Shown: piece after piece, positions 12,229-23,034 of the stretch
Numbering within the stretch: position 1 is the stretch's first letter
Layout of the letters: each line of letters starts with the position of its first letter
DNA from: Welwitschia mirabilis
Lineage: Eukaryota
Length of the DNA stretch: 34,729 bases
Reading direction: 5' to 3'
Assembly: GCA_051453625.1 (NCBI GenBank)
Contig: JBOZIK010000001.1
Coordinates: forward strand, 40,239,280-40,274,008
The notes under the pieces: generated by a model
The model's input: only the letters and a program-made list of their open reading frames with translations
What the model was told of the DNA's origin: nothing
Databases searched by the model: none
Program-made: the position numbers and the translations under genes

Positions 12229-13598
12229 ATCACCTTTGTCCATTCATGCGATGCACCACGACCATCTTCTGTGACACTGGCACTGCACTTGCACTCACAC
12301 GTGGCTTCGTTATTTCTTAGCTATTTTAAGCCATCTTTGACTAGTCTGTCTTCACTCATTATTGACTCCCATGCGTTTTCATATCCTGCACATTATTCTC
12401 GGTGTTTGTTTCATGCATTCATCTACACCACCCTTTGTGCTTCTCACCTGTGCCAGGTTCTGTCTCTGTCCATACCTGTGTTGACCTCTTCCTATGCCTG
12501 CGCCTCTGTCAGCATTCTATGCTTGCACCGCAGTCTCTTTCGCGTTCTTCCTATATGGCTATTTGCTTGTCCCTCTCGGCTAACTCACTGCATCTGCCTG
12601 CACCATGCTCTCGCATTATTATCGTCGTTGTCTGACGCGGTTCTCTTCTTGTCTCTAGGTATTTTTGCATGCTGCTTGTGGCTTCATTCATAGTCTACAG
12701 TCGAGTATCCTGTGGATCTGTCACTCACTGCGCTATCTGCACAGTCTCTTACTAAACCTTACCACTCAAACTCGTCTCTGCGCTTCGTGTGCTTCCCACA
12801 CTATGTGCTTGGCTCTGCCTCCACCAGCACCGACTTTCACCAGTGCCTACGTTGACTCTTGTCTCCCTGTACTAGCACCGACACATTGCCCTGCCACCAG
12901 CGCATTACCTGCGCATCACCTCTTAGCCTTTATATGACACCCATGCATTTTACTACTCATCACGCTGCCACCTTTGTCCGAAGCTTTGCTGCCTTCTATC
13001 AAGCACTGCCCCCTTGCCCACGCATCATTTTGCTCCTGGCGTTAACATCAACTCTACTGCATTTCCCTCTAGAACTGCACACATCTGGGACACTGCCACT
13101 GAGTCGCCATCCACTCTGCGCATCTCTAAATTGGCATTCACTGCTGCATCTGGAATGCAGTACTTCTGTTTGCACTCTTTACCACAGGCTTATCCAGCAC
13201 ACTTGAGTCTCCCGTCTTTTACACTTCTGCTCTTTGCTTGGCATTCTAGCGTTAACACTCATAATCCCCATCTCCTGCATGGTCAATGCGTGTCTCATTC
13301 TTTTTCTTGTTTATTTTGGTTGTTATTTTAGGTTGAGCCCAGTACATTCTACACCCAAGCGAAAATTGACTATTGAACAAATTGTTTTGTTCTCTCCTAA
13401 GTATTTTTTTTTTTTTTTAATGAGGCCTTTAACTTGTTTTTAGTAAAACACTGAGTGGCCTTAGGGGGTGGTACTTCTTACCACATAGGCTGTTGGTTTA
13501 TCTGTTGAAATAGGTTTTTTTTTAACGTTACCATACATTTAACCTCGGATTCTCTTGTATACAAAAGTTTTTTTTATTTCCAACTCCTCTGTTTTAGG

Positions 13599-16500
13599 AT
13601 GGCCACTGTGACAAAGTTTGACATCAAAAAATTCAATGGTAAATTGAGTTTTTCTATATGGCGTGTTCAGATGAGGGTCATGCTAACACAAAATGGCTTG
13701 AAGAATGCCTTGGATGGTAAAGCAAAAAAACCCGAGGCCATGTCCGACTAGCAATGGAATGAGTTAGACAAAAAGGCCTTGACAGCAATCTAGTTATGCT
13801 TATCCAAGGAGGTACTCCATGAGGTAATCAGTGAAATCACTATTGCTGGTCTATGGATGAAATTAAAAGTGTTATACATGACAAAAAGCCTTGCCAACAA
13901 GCTTTCCCTCAAGAAATGTTTATTCACCATTCGCATGTCTAAAGGTACTCCCATTCAAGAACATCTCAATAAGTTTAATTCCATTCTTTTGGATTTGGAA
14001 AATCTATATGTATACATTGAAGATGAAGACAAGGCAGTTTTGTTAGTTGTCTCTTTACCTCCTACCTATAGGCATTTTAAAGAAATTATGTTGTATAGTG
14101 GATTAGATACCTTATCTTTTGAAGATGTTAAAGAAAATTTATTGTCAAAAGAGAAGTTTAATTTAGACATCTACTCTGAAGAGAAGGGTAAAGGTCTGAT
14201 GATTAGAGGTCGAAGTCATGATAATATACATACGAGAAACTACAAGAAGTCTAAGTCAAAGTCAAGAGGACATAAGTCTAATAGTAAAACCTATCGGTAT
14301 TGTAAAAAAGTAGGACATGAGCTTTTTGAATATTATAAATTGAAAAATAAATAGGACATAGAAGCAAAGAAAAAACAACCTCAATAATTCGCAAAGGCTA
14401 GTATTTTGACACTGATATGAAAGGTGATGTTTTGTTATCAGAATCTTCTTCTGATGATAAAAGTTACTCTAACTGAATTCTTGATTCTGGTTGTACTTTT
14501 CACATATGCCCTCATCGGGACCGGTTTACTACCTTTAAACCCGTTTGCTCTGGGATTGTTTTAATGGATAATAATACCCAGTGTAAGGTTAAAGAAATAG
14601 AAACTATTCAAATCAAAAGCGATGATGGAATCGTCAGGACTCCTAAGGAGGTACACTTTGTTCCTGACCTTAAATGAAACTTAATTTCATTAGGTACTTT
14701 TGAATCAAAATGGTACAAATATGTAGCTGAACATGGAGTTCTAAAAATTATCAAAGTTGCTTTTGCTATGTTTAAGGCTAACCAATGTGGTAGCCTATGT
14801 GTCTTGTAAGGTTTTACCATATCAGGTTCTGCAGCAGTTTCTACTTCTATGCCTGATTCTCATGTTACTCATTTGTGAAACATGTGGCTAGGTCACATGA
14901 GTGAAAAAGGTATGCACATCTTAAGTAAGAAAGATCTTCTCTGTATTCAGCATATTGGTAAATTGGAATTCTATAAATATTGCATTTTTAGCAAATAGAA
15001 ATAAGTTATTTTCTCTACTGCCCTTGATCATACTAAAGGTGTGNNNNNNNNNNNNNNNNNNNNNNNNNNNNNNNNNNNNNNNNNNNNNNNNNNNNNNNNN
15101 NNNNNNNNNNNNNNNNNNNNNNNNNNNNNNNNNNNNNNNNNNNNNNNNNNNNNNNNNNNNNNNNNNNNNNNNNNNNNNNNNNNNNNNNNNNNNNNNNNNN
15201 NNNNNNNNNNNNNNNNNNNNNNNNNNNNNNNNNNNNNNNNNNNNNNNNNNNNNNNNNNNNNNNNNNNNNNNNNNNNNNNNNNNNNNNNNNNNNNNNNNNN
15301 NNNNNNNNNNNNNNNNNNNNNNNNATTAGTGGGAATGCCACAACAGAATGGTGTTATAAAACATATGAATAGAACACTTCTTGAGAGGGCTCGTTGTATG
15401 CTCTCTAATGCAAAATTATGGCATCGATGTGCTTTATGGGTTGAGGCAGTTTCTATCACTTGTTATCTTGTCAGTCGATCTCCACATTCCTCACTGAAGT
15501 TTGATATATTCTAGAAGAGATTTGATCAGGTAATCCTATTAACTACTCTCAGTTAAAAATATTTGTTTGTCCAGCATTTATTCATGCCAATGATGGTAAA
15601 TTAGCACCTAAAGCTATTAAATGCATNNNNNNNNNNNNNNNNNNNNNNNNNNNNNNNNNNNNNNNNNNNNNNNNNNNNNNNNNNNNNNNNNNNNNNNNNN
15701 NNNNNNNNNNNNNNNNNNNNNNNNNNNNNNNNNNNNNNNNNNNNNNNNNNNNNNNNNNNNNNNNNNNNNNNNNNNNNNCTCAAAATATGATAGATATAAA
15801 GTCTAGCAAGCATGTGGAATTAGAGATTACATCCTCTCCACCGACTGTTGTGAATTCCACACCTTCCTCTATTGAAGAAAATAGTGATGAGAATGCTCCA
15901 AGTATCAGTACTCCTGATCAACCACAGCAGGATTATTCAATTAATCGAGATCATTCAAGGAGAAGATAAAGAAACTAGCTAGATATCTTAAAATTGATGA
16001 TGAGTTGCTTACATATGCTCTCTCAGTTGTCTAGGAAATTTCTAAACGTATGGAACCTTCATTTTATTTAGAAGTTGTTTCGTGTGTTGACTCCTCTAAG
16101 TGGTTAATGGTAATGAATGAAGAAATGGACGGTCTTCATAAAAATAAAACTTGGATTTTGTGTGAACTTTCATCTAACCAACGTCATTTGAATTGTAAGT
16201 GGATCTACAAGAAAAAGAAAGAATTCCCAAAGTTGAAAATGCAAGATGAAAAGCACGTTTAGTTGTCAAAGGCTACAACTAAAGAGAAGGTATAGATTTC
16301 CATGAAATTTGTTTACCTGTAGTTCGTCATACTTCAATTCGTGTACTACTTACATTTGTGGTCTTATTTGACATGGAGTTAAATCAACTTAATGTCAAAA
16401 CTACTTTTTTACATGGAAATCTTAGTGAAGAAATCTATATGAAGTAGCATGATGGTTTTATAACCCCAGGAAAAGAATGTTATGTGTCATCTAAAGAAAT

Positions 16501-17620
16501 AATTATATGTCCTTAAACAAGCTTCGCGATAATGGTACAAGAAGTTTGATCCATTTATAATTAGACAGGATTTTCTCAGAAGTTAATATGATTATTGTAT
16601 CTATTATCAGCAGTATTTTAATAAGTTTGTGATATATTTGTTGCTGTACATTGATGACATGTTAATTACTTCTCACAAAAAGTCATTGATTGACAGGTTA
16701 AAATCTCAACTTGATAAGGAATTTGAAATGAAGGATCTAGGTGAATCCAAGAAAATTCTGGGTATGGAAATTTACAAAGATCATCAAGCTAATAAATTAT
16801 TTATCTCATAAATAAAATATGTTGAGAAAGTTCTTAATAGGTTCAATATGTTAAATTATAAACTTGTTTCTACTTCCTTCGCTGCTTACTTCAAATTGTC
16901 TTCGAATCATTGCCTAAAATCTGATAAAGAAATTGAGCATATGTTAAGCATTCCTTATTCTAATGCTGTTGGAAGTTTAATGTATGCTGTGGTCTATACT
17001 AGACCTGATCTCGCATATGCTATTAGTATCGTCAGTTGATACATGCATAATCCTGGAAAGGATCATTAGAATGCAGTAAAATGGATCCTTCATTATTTGA
17101 AGGGCTCTTCTACTTTGGGCTTAGAGTTTGATAGAAGCAAAACTACATCGACTAATGTAGTAGGATTTATTGATTCTGATTATGGTGGTGATTTAGATAG
17201 GCAAAGATCATTTTAGGTTATATTTTTACACTCTGTAATTTTGCCATTAGTTGGAAGGCATCCCTTTAACCTATTGTTGCATTATCAACAACCGATGCAG
17301 AGTATGTTTCAGTAATAGAAAGTATGAAGGAAGCTACATGGCTGCGAGGTCTCATCATTAAATTGGATGTAGCCTAAGGATAAATTGTTGTATTTTGTAA
17401 TAGCCAAAGTGCTATTCATTTTATCAAGAATGATATGTATCACTCAAGGACTAAGCACATTGATGTAAAACATTACTACATTAGAGACACTTTTGCTATA
17501 GGAGACATTGTAGTAGCTAAGATCCATACCTCTGAAAATCCCACTGATATGTTAACTAAGCCACTTCCCACAGTTAAATTCAAATAGTATTTAGCTATAG
17601 TAGGGATCAACAATTGTTAA
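13599..17620 (+). pseudogene. Copia gag-pol polyprotein with stops, frameshifts and two N gaps
   Basis: MATVTKFDIKKFNGKLSFSIWRVQMR (gag start); LYMTKSLANKLSLK; protease (W)ILDSGCTFHICP at ~14475; LGHMSEKG; integrase PQQNGVIKHMNRTLLERARCML; RT LLLYIDDMLI; YSNAVGSLMYA..TRPDLAYA; RNaseH ENPTDMLTKPL. Confidence 0.96.
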
Positions 17621-17648
17621 TAAATCCTCCGTGCATCAAATTTGAGCC

Positions 17649-17659
17649 AAGGTGGAGAT
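17649..17659 (+). other. Polypurine tract
   Basis: aaggtggagat immediately before the 3' LTR. Confidence 0.9.
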
Positions 17660-17900
17660 TGTAAAGATGTGGCTTAGATTTGAGCACACATCCAGAAGTA
17701 CTAATCGCCTTAGGTGGTATACTCACCCATGGAAATGACATCAAACCTTGGGCCTCCATTGGCTATATAAATAACCTTTGCATCTTGTTATTTTTAGAGA
17801 GAAGATAATCAAAATTTGTTGGTGAGTTGTTTGAATTAGGTTGGATGCACAACCTTTGATAGTGCTCTCTCTCTGTGCATCCTGCTAGGGATCATTTACA
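17660..17900 (+). repeat. 3' LTR (241 bp)
   Basis: tgtaaagatg...atttaca, collinear with 11973-12213. Confidence 0.97.
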
Positions 17901-17902
17901 TA

Positions 17903-18029
17903 GCCTTTTGTCTTAACTATGCTGTCAACTACCTTACTACCACCTTCACTACGGGTCTTTATGATCTTTGTTCTTATCTTAATTATGTGTGCTGATTGCG
18001 TTTAATTACCTAAAGCCTGGAAAGAATAC
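17903..18029 (+). repeat. Right copy of the 127-bp direct repeat flanking the Copia element
   Basis: Begins 2 nt after the 3' LTR; matches 11846-11972. Confidence 0.95.
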
Positions 18030-18052
18030 CGTTGCTCCAGTTACATTAGGAG

Positions 18053-19692
18053 ATGGTGTGAATAATGAATACCATAATTTAGTGTGAAGTACAATTACTA
18101 TGTAGGACATAATGGCACAACAGGTTTTTAAGTAGGAAGAGTTAAGCCATGATGGTTCAATATCTATAGTAGTGAGAAACTATGTGAGAAAAAGAGAATA
18201 GTGCTTAGAAATTTTGACCTGTAAAAGAGATCATTATGATCAGAAGAAATAGACAATTGAATCCGATTTCTTTTACTAAAGGTAATCAACAAGAGTACAT
18301 AACTATAAAACTAATCAGTAAGAAGGGCTAGAGGAAGAATGCGCTAGCAGATGACACGTTATCAGAAAAGAAATAATGGCATAGGCTACATAGAAAGTAA
18401 TAAAGAAGATGAGTAGGAAGCTCAAGAGCAAGCAAATTTAGAGAGAGGAGAGAGAACAGAGATCATAAAACAATGGACAAAATGATGGATAAAATAAAGA
18501 GGATCACTTCTTGACAAAAGAGTGGGTAAAAGAGAAACTGAAGGAGATTGTGAGAATAGATTACGTGTAGAAGAAGGTAGCACAATGACAACCTTAGGCA
18601 CAAACAAAAGGCAATAAGAGACGGCCTCTGGGCAGGAAAAAACATGCTAAAAAAATGGGAGAGAGTAGGTGGAGTGCCCTAAGGCACTGATGAAACATAG
18701 TATGGAGACTAGTAAAGCTCTTATTTCAGGAAGCATCAATCAACATTTGAAGATAACTAGAGTTTCCTGAGTGCATGATTGATGTGGTGGCTAATCTTGG
18801 ATTTGATTCGGCCAATGCTAAGACCCTCGATAATAATATCTATTCTGGTTCTCTTGAAAAATGAATTCTGAAGATTCTAGACAACTATAAAAAGTCTTAA
18901 CTACTTGTAAGAAGAAATGCTAAAATGTAAGATCTACTAGGAATCACTGATTCTTATGGAGTCAATCTATTTAATTCCGTTTCTCTCATAACTCTACTAG
19001 ACAGGTTAACTATCCTTGTTCTAAAGGAAGAGTTAGACGAGTACACTGTATGATAAATAGATGAAGAGGATGTAAATTTATTTTTGAGAATATGTGAAGG
19101 GATGTCATTGTGCTTAGAAATGGTTGGAATATCTTTGAAATCAAAAATAGACAAAATATGGGCTCTAGATGCCCTCAAATAAGAGCACAAATGTGGATTC
19201 GGAAAAATTTTTATGATGAGAAAGATCGATTTATTTACCTTCACTTTTAATGAGTTGGATAAATTGCATAAGAGGCCTTCTTAGACATCTATGCATTTTT
19301 CTTTTTAAATGAAAAACCATGGATCGGTTTGCTAAGAATCGTTAGGAATGATATAATGCACATTTTAGAAACTAGTTTTATCATGTTAATCCTATAACGC
19401 CCAGATGCAAGGCGACTTTCGCAATCCTTCTTTACTATGATGTTATGACTTTGGAACTACCCTTTGATGTTAGCAGATGTAAATCTTTGAGATGACTTTC
19501 AGATGCCCACTACTTCGGTTGTGTTACAAAGGGTTTTCTAGTAGCAAAGTCCCTTGTGGAAAACACCTCTATCATAAACATGCCATCTACAATATTGGCA
19601 CTTGGATTTCTTAAAGACACACAATCACAGCTTGAGGTTTCTTTAGACATCAAGCTATAAACTATGTTTGATTGTTTCTCAACCAAGCTAAG
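18053..19692 (+). pseudogene. Decayed NLR immune receptor gene: TIR-like N-terminus, NB-ARC and start of the LRR region
   Basis: Motifs in canonical order across frameshifts. TIR-like KYNYYVGHNG (18087) and VFK*EELSHDGSISIVVRNYVRKRE*CLEIL (18124-18216). Degenerate P-loop HSMETSKAL (18696). Kinase-2-like DNNIYSGSLEK. RNBS-B S*LLVRRN (~18895). RNBS-C-like YGVNLFN. GLPL-like ICEGMSLCLEMVGISLKSK (19090). RNBS-D FTFNELDKLHK/EAFLDIYAFF (~19237-19300). LPFDVSRCKSLR (~19457). LRR-like IINMPSTILALGFLKD (~19571). Possible splice donor AG|GTACC at 19692/19693. NB-ARC is well supported; TIR less so. Confidence 0.75.
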
Positions 19693-20524
19693 GTACCATT
19701 CTATTCCCTCTTCCATTGGATTTATTGTCTTTAATGTTACAAAGCTGTTCTTCTGTGCATTTTTTTTCTTATCAATGAAGCTTTTCAGATAAAGATAAAA
19801 GACACTCTAGTAATACTTTAAAGCAAATAATACAAATTTGTGTAAATTTACTTTTATATTTTCATCATCATTAGTTCTCTGCTAGTACTTTGAATTGTTA
19901 CCTTTACCTATTTCTATCATTTTAAAACTTTGTGTTACTAATTCAAAATTTTTTTTACTATTGTTGGCATCTTTGAATTCTTCTACTTTATTTGAAAAGC
20001 CTTACATTAATTTATATTTAGAAATAAAATCAAAACCATTTGCTTAGAATAAGTCAACCAAATAAATAAAATCTACCATCAGATTAAGGATTAATGCAAG
20101 ACATGTATTACGAATAATTCATGCATGACATCAAATCTTATAGTCTATTAGATGTTTAACCTACTTTTATGAATATTATACTTTTAGCTTCATGTTAATC
20201 ATGGTGAAAGAAGTCATGGACATAATTAATGTTAGAAAGGTTCAAATGGTATGTTATCTTTAGACCCTTTAGCTTAGGTGTGGAAACCCCTGTTATAGAC
20301 TTGGTATTCTAATAATTAACCTACACAAAGTCTTTGATTCACCTCCTAACACAACATAACCTACTATAGGCCTTGATCTCAATTATAGTCTCCTTTCCAA
20401 TAGATCAACAATAGTAATTAAGTTTAAGCTATAACCATGAATTAAACTATGTCACTAGTTATATACTAACATTAGAATATATCATATAGGTAATGTTAAA
20501 TTTTAAACTATTAGAAAAATTAGA

Positions 20525-22519
20525 TGTAACACCTTATATTTTTGTGTATATTAATGTATTTCATTATAATAAATTACATTATGTAATGTTATATTATCTT
20601 ACATTATGCATGTATGTTGTATTATAATGCATATATATCATATGTCATCTTATATTATAATATATTACTTGCTTATATATTATATTATATTATATTATAT
20701 TATATTATATTATATTGCATGATAAGTATAATATTATATTATTTTATGATACGTAATTTCTTATGCATAGTGTGTGTGTATATATATATATATAGTATTT
20801 TATTATATGTCATATTGTATTATTTTATATTATGCTATCTCATATGTATAGTATTATGAGTATATATATTATGAAGGGAAAACATATCTTGTTCTTAAGA
20901 GTATGTTAAGGTTAGAAATAGTCACATGATGAAACAACTATTTAGATGAGATTAAATATTCATCTTGATACCCTGAATAGTGTTGTTATTATAAGTAAAA
21001 TGCTTTTTCATAATATATAGTTGAAATGTAATGCAATATTGGTTAATCTAGCTATGTAACATGGGCATTAGATGATTATCTACTCATGTTAGTACTTCAT
21101 TGATTATATATTTAGCAGGTTAATTAGTTCAATTATAGTCATACTTTATTTCCTAATTTTTTTTAAATGAGGTGTTAAGTATTTTGAAATGTTCTCTAAA
21201 AATAGTATTAGGTTACATGTGACTATATTTAACTTAATAGTTAATTTAATTGGGATATATATTAAACATAGAATACATACTTTTGGTTCATCCTAGGCTA
21301 TTAAATTAGCATGTCAACATTATAAAATAGAAATCATGAAGTCAGGGCTGAAAATACCTTGAATCCAAATCAAGCTTAGATAATTTAAAATTTCACTATG
21401 ATGTGATGGTATTTAGAGATAAATATATAAATATGTGTATAGGGCATAATTTTACTAAACTCCTTTTTATTACTTATTGACATACTATGTTAGCATAATA
21501 AAAGAAGTGGTTATGGTTTTACCCTATCTTAATGATATGTGTTTATGTGATGTGATGTAATTATATTATGCATGGTATAGTTATCTAATGATGTAGGTCT
21601 ATCATAGTTCATAGTGATTATGGTTACCTCAATATGACTTATCACAATCCAAGTATGTATTCTTAAACTTATTTTCTTACATTTTCATGCTTATGAATTG
21701 AATTCTTAAATTAGTTATTTATTACCTTATGTACAAAACGATATATCATTAGTGATTTTCCCCCCTATGATGCTTATTGAAAAAGACCTAGGACCATAAT
21801 TAGCTTCTTTATTTTTAACTTCTACTATACCTAGTCTATTAAGACTAGTGATTAAATTTAGTGGCATATGGACTAGTTCCTTTAAGCATTTTATATATTT
21901 ACATATTATTAGATTCATTGTATTATGTTATAAAAGAAGCAACCATGAGGTACCCTATTGAAATGATGTGTGTGTATGTATACCTATGTGTTAATTGCAT
22001 TTCTACATAATGTTATACTATAGATATATCCATTCCATTAGCTGATACTAAGATGAGGGAGAGGTTTGAGGGATCTCTTTACATGCTTAGTTGATGGGTT
22101 TACTAGTGGTTTTATATATATATATATATTCTTTTCTTCCATTGGCATAGACTAAGATGAGGGAAAGAGTTGAGGGATCTCTTACATGCTTAGCTTCTAT
22201 GTGCCTAATAGATAATTTTGGCCAAGTAACTAGATGGTCACTATATATATTTATTTGGATATCCATATATAATTTATGTTAATAAACATATACATTATTA
22301 TCATTCATGCATTAAAATTTCTTATTAGAAATGAATGTTATAACCTTGAGAGTTTCTAACTAGCTATCTCCTATATTTTTAAACATAGATATGATGCTAA
22401 TGTATGTATATTTTTGTCTAATATCTTTTGATATTATTTCATTTCAATGTGTTATCATGTACTTCTTCTGGTTGAGTTGAATATTATATTCTTGCTTTAG
22501 TTTATGCATAATTTTGCCC
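20525..22519 (+). mobile_element. 5' part of a Tekay/Del-like LTR, interrupted at 22520
   Basis: Starts TGTAACACC (typical Del/Tekay terminus); (TATAT)n-rich 20580-20870; 21405-22519 is collinear with ~23085-24307. Confidence 0.6.
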
Positions 22520-22934
22520 TAGTGCGGTCTGTATTTGTGTAATATTTCATGTTTCAAATTCAATCCTGTTAATTATAAATAAGATGCAAAATACAACACG
22601 CTGTATAGATGGAGTGATCCAAATGTCGTAATTCCGTCGAAGGCCAATGGTATGGACAATAAAGAGTTAATTTCAAAGAGAAATATGTAAACCTAATCTA
22701 TTAAATTAAATTGCAGTGCATAGAAATAAAAGATGTTGATGCAAACTAATCTAAGAAAATAAACAATGATGCACCTAATCTAATTAAGCTTAACCTTAAC
22801 GAAGGCTGCCCTCATAATCTATATAACTAAAGAAACCTATCATGAATCTAGAACAATATAAACTATGAGGGATAAGTTCCTGCAATTATTAACAAAAAGA
22901 GTAATTCATATTAAAGATGTAAAAAGGCATCTGT
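22520..22934 (-). mobile_element. Probable terminal fragment of another Gypsy (Athila-like) LTR, cut by an assembly gap
   Basis: Homology to the Tekay-like LTR stops abruptly at 22519. The new sequence starts tagtgcgg (possibly a decayed TGGTGCGG terminus) and contains an Athila-U5-like 'tatagatggagtgatccaaatgtcgtaattcc'. Confidence 0.45.
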
Positions 22935-23034
22935 NNNNNNNNNNNNNNNNNNNNNNNNNNNNNNNNNNNNNNNNNNNNNNNNNNNNNNNNNNNNNNNNNN
23001 NNNNNNNNNNNNNNNNNNNNNNNNNNNNNNNNNN

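Larger units (their letters stand above)
11973..17900 (+). mobile_element. Full-length decayed Ty1/Copia LTR retrotransposon (Tork/Tnt1-like)
   Basis: 241-bp LTRs TGTAAA...TTTACA, PBS, PPT, and gag-protease-integrase-RT-RNaseH in Copia order. Confidence 0.97.

Noticed and set aside
12271-13443. Cluster of overlapping 69-140 aa ORFs in the Copia leader
   Set aside because: Open in several frames because the C/T-rich composition is poor in stops; no recognisable domain.
19510-19716. Minus-strand 68-aa ORF (MEEGIEWYLSL...)
   Set aside because: Antisense to the plus-strand frame carrying the LRR-like motifs; most likely a shadow ORF.
20580-20870. Tyr/Ile-rich 81-aa ORF, possible membrane peptide
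   Set aside because: Translation of a degenerate (TATAT)n tract.
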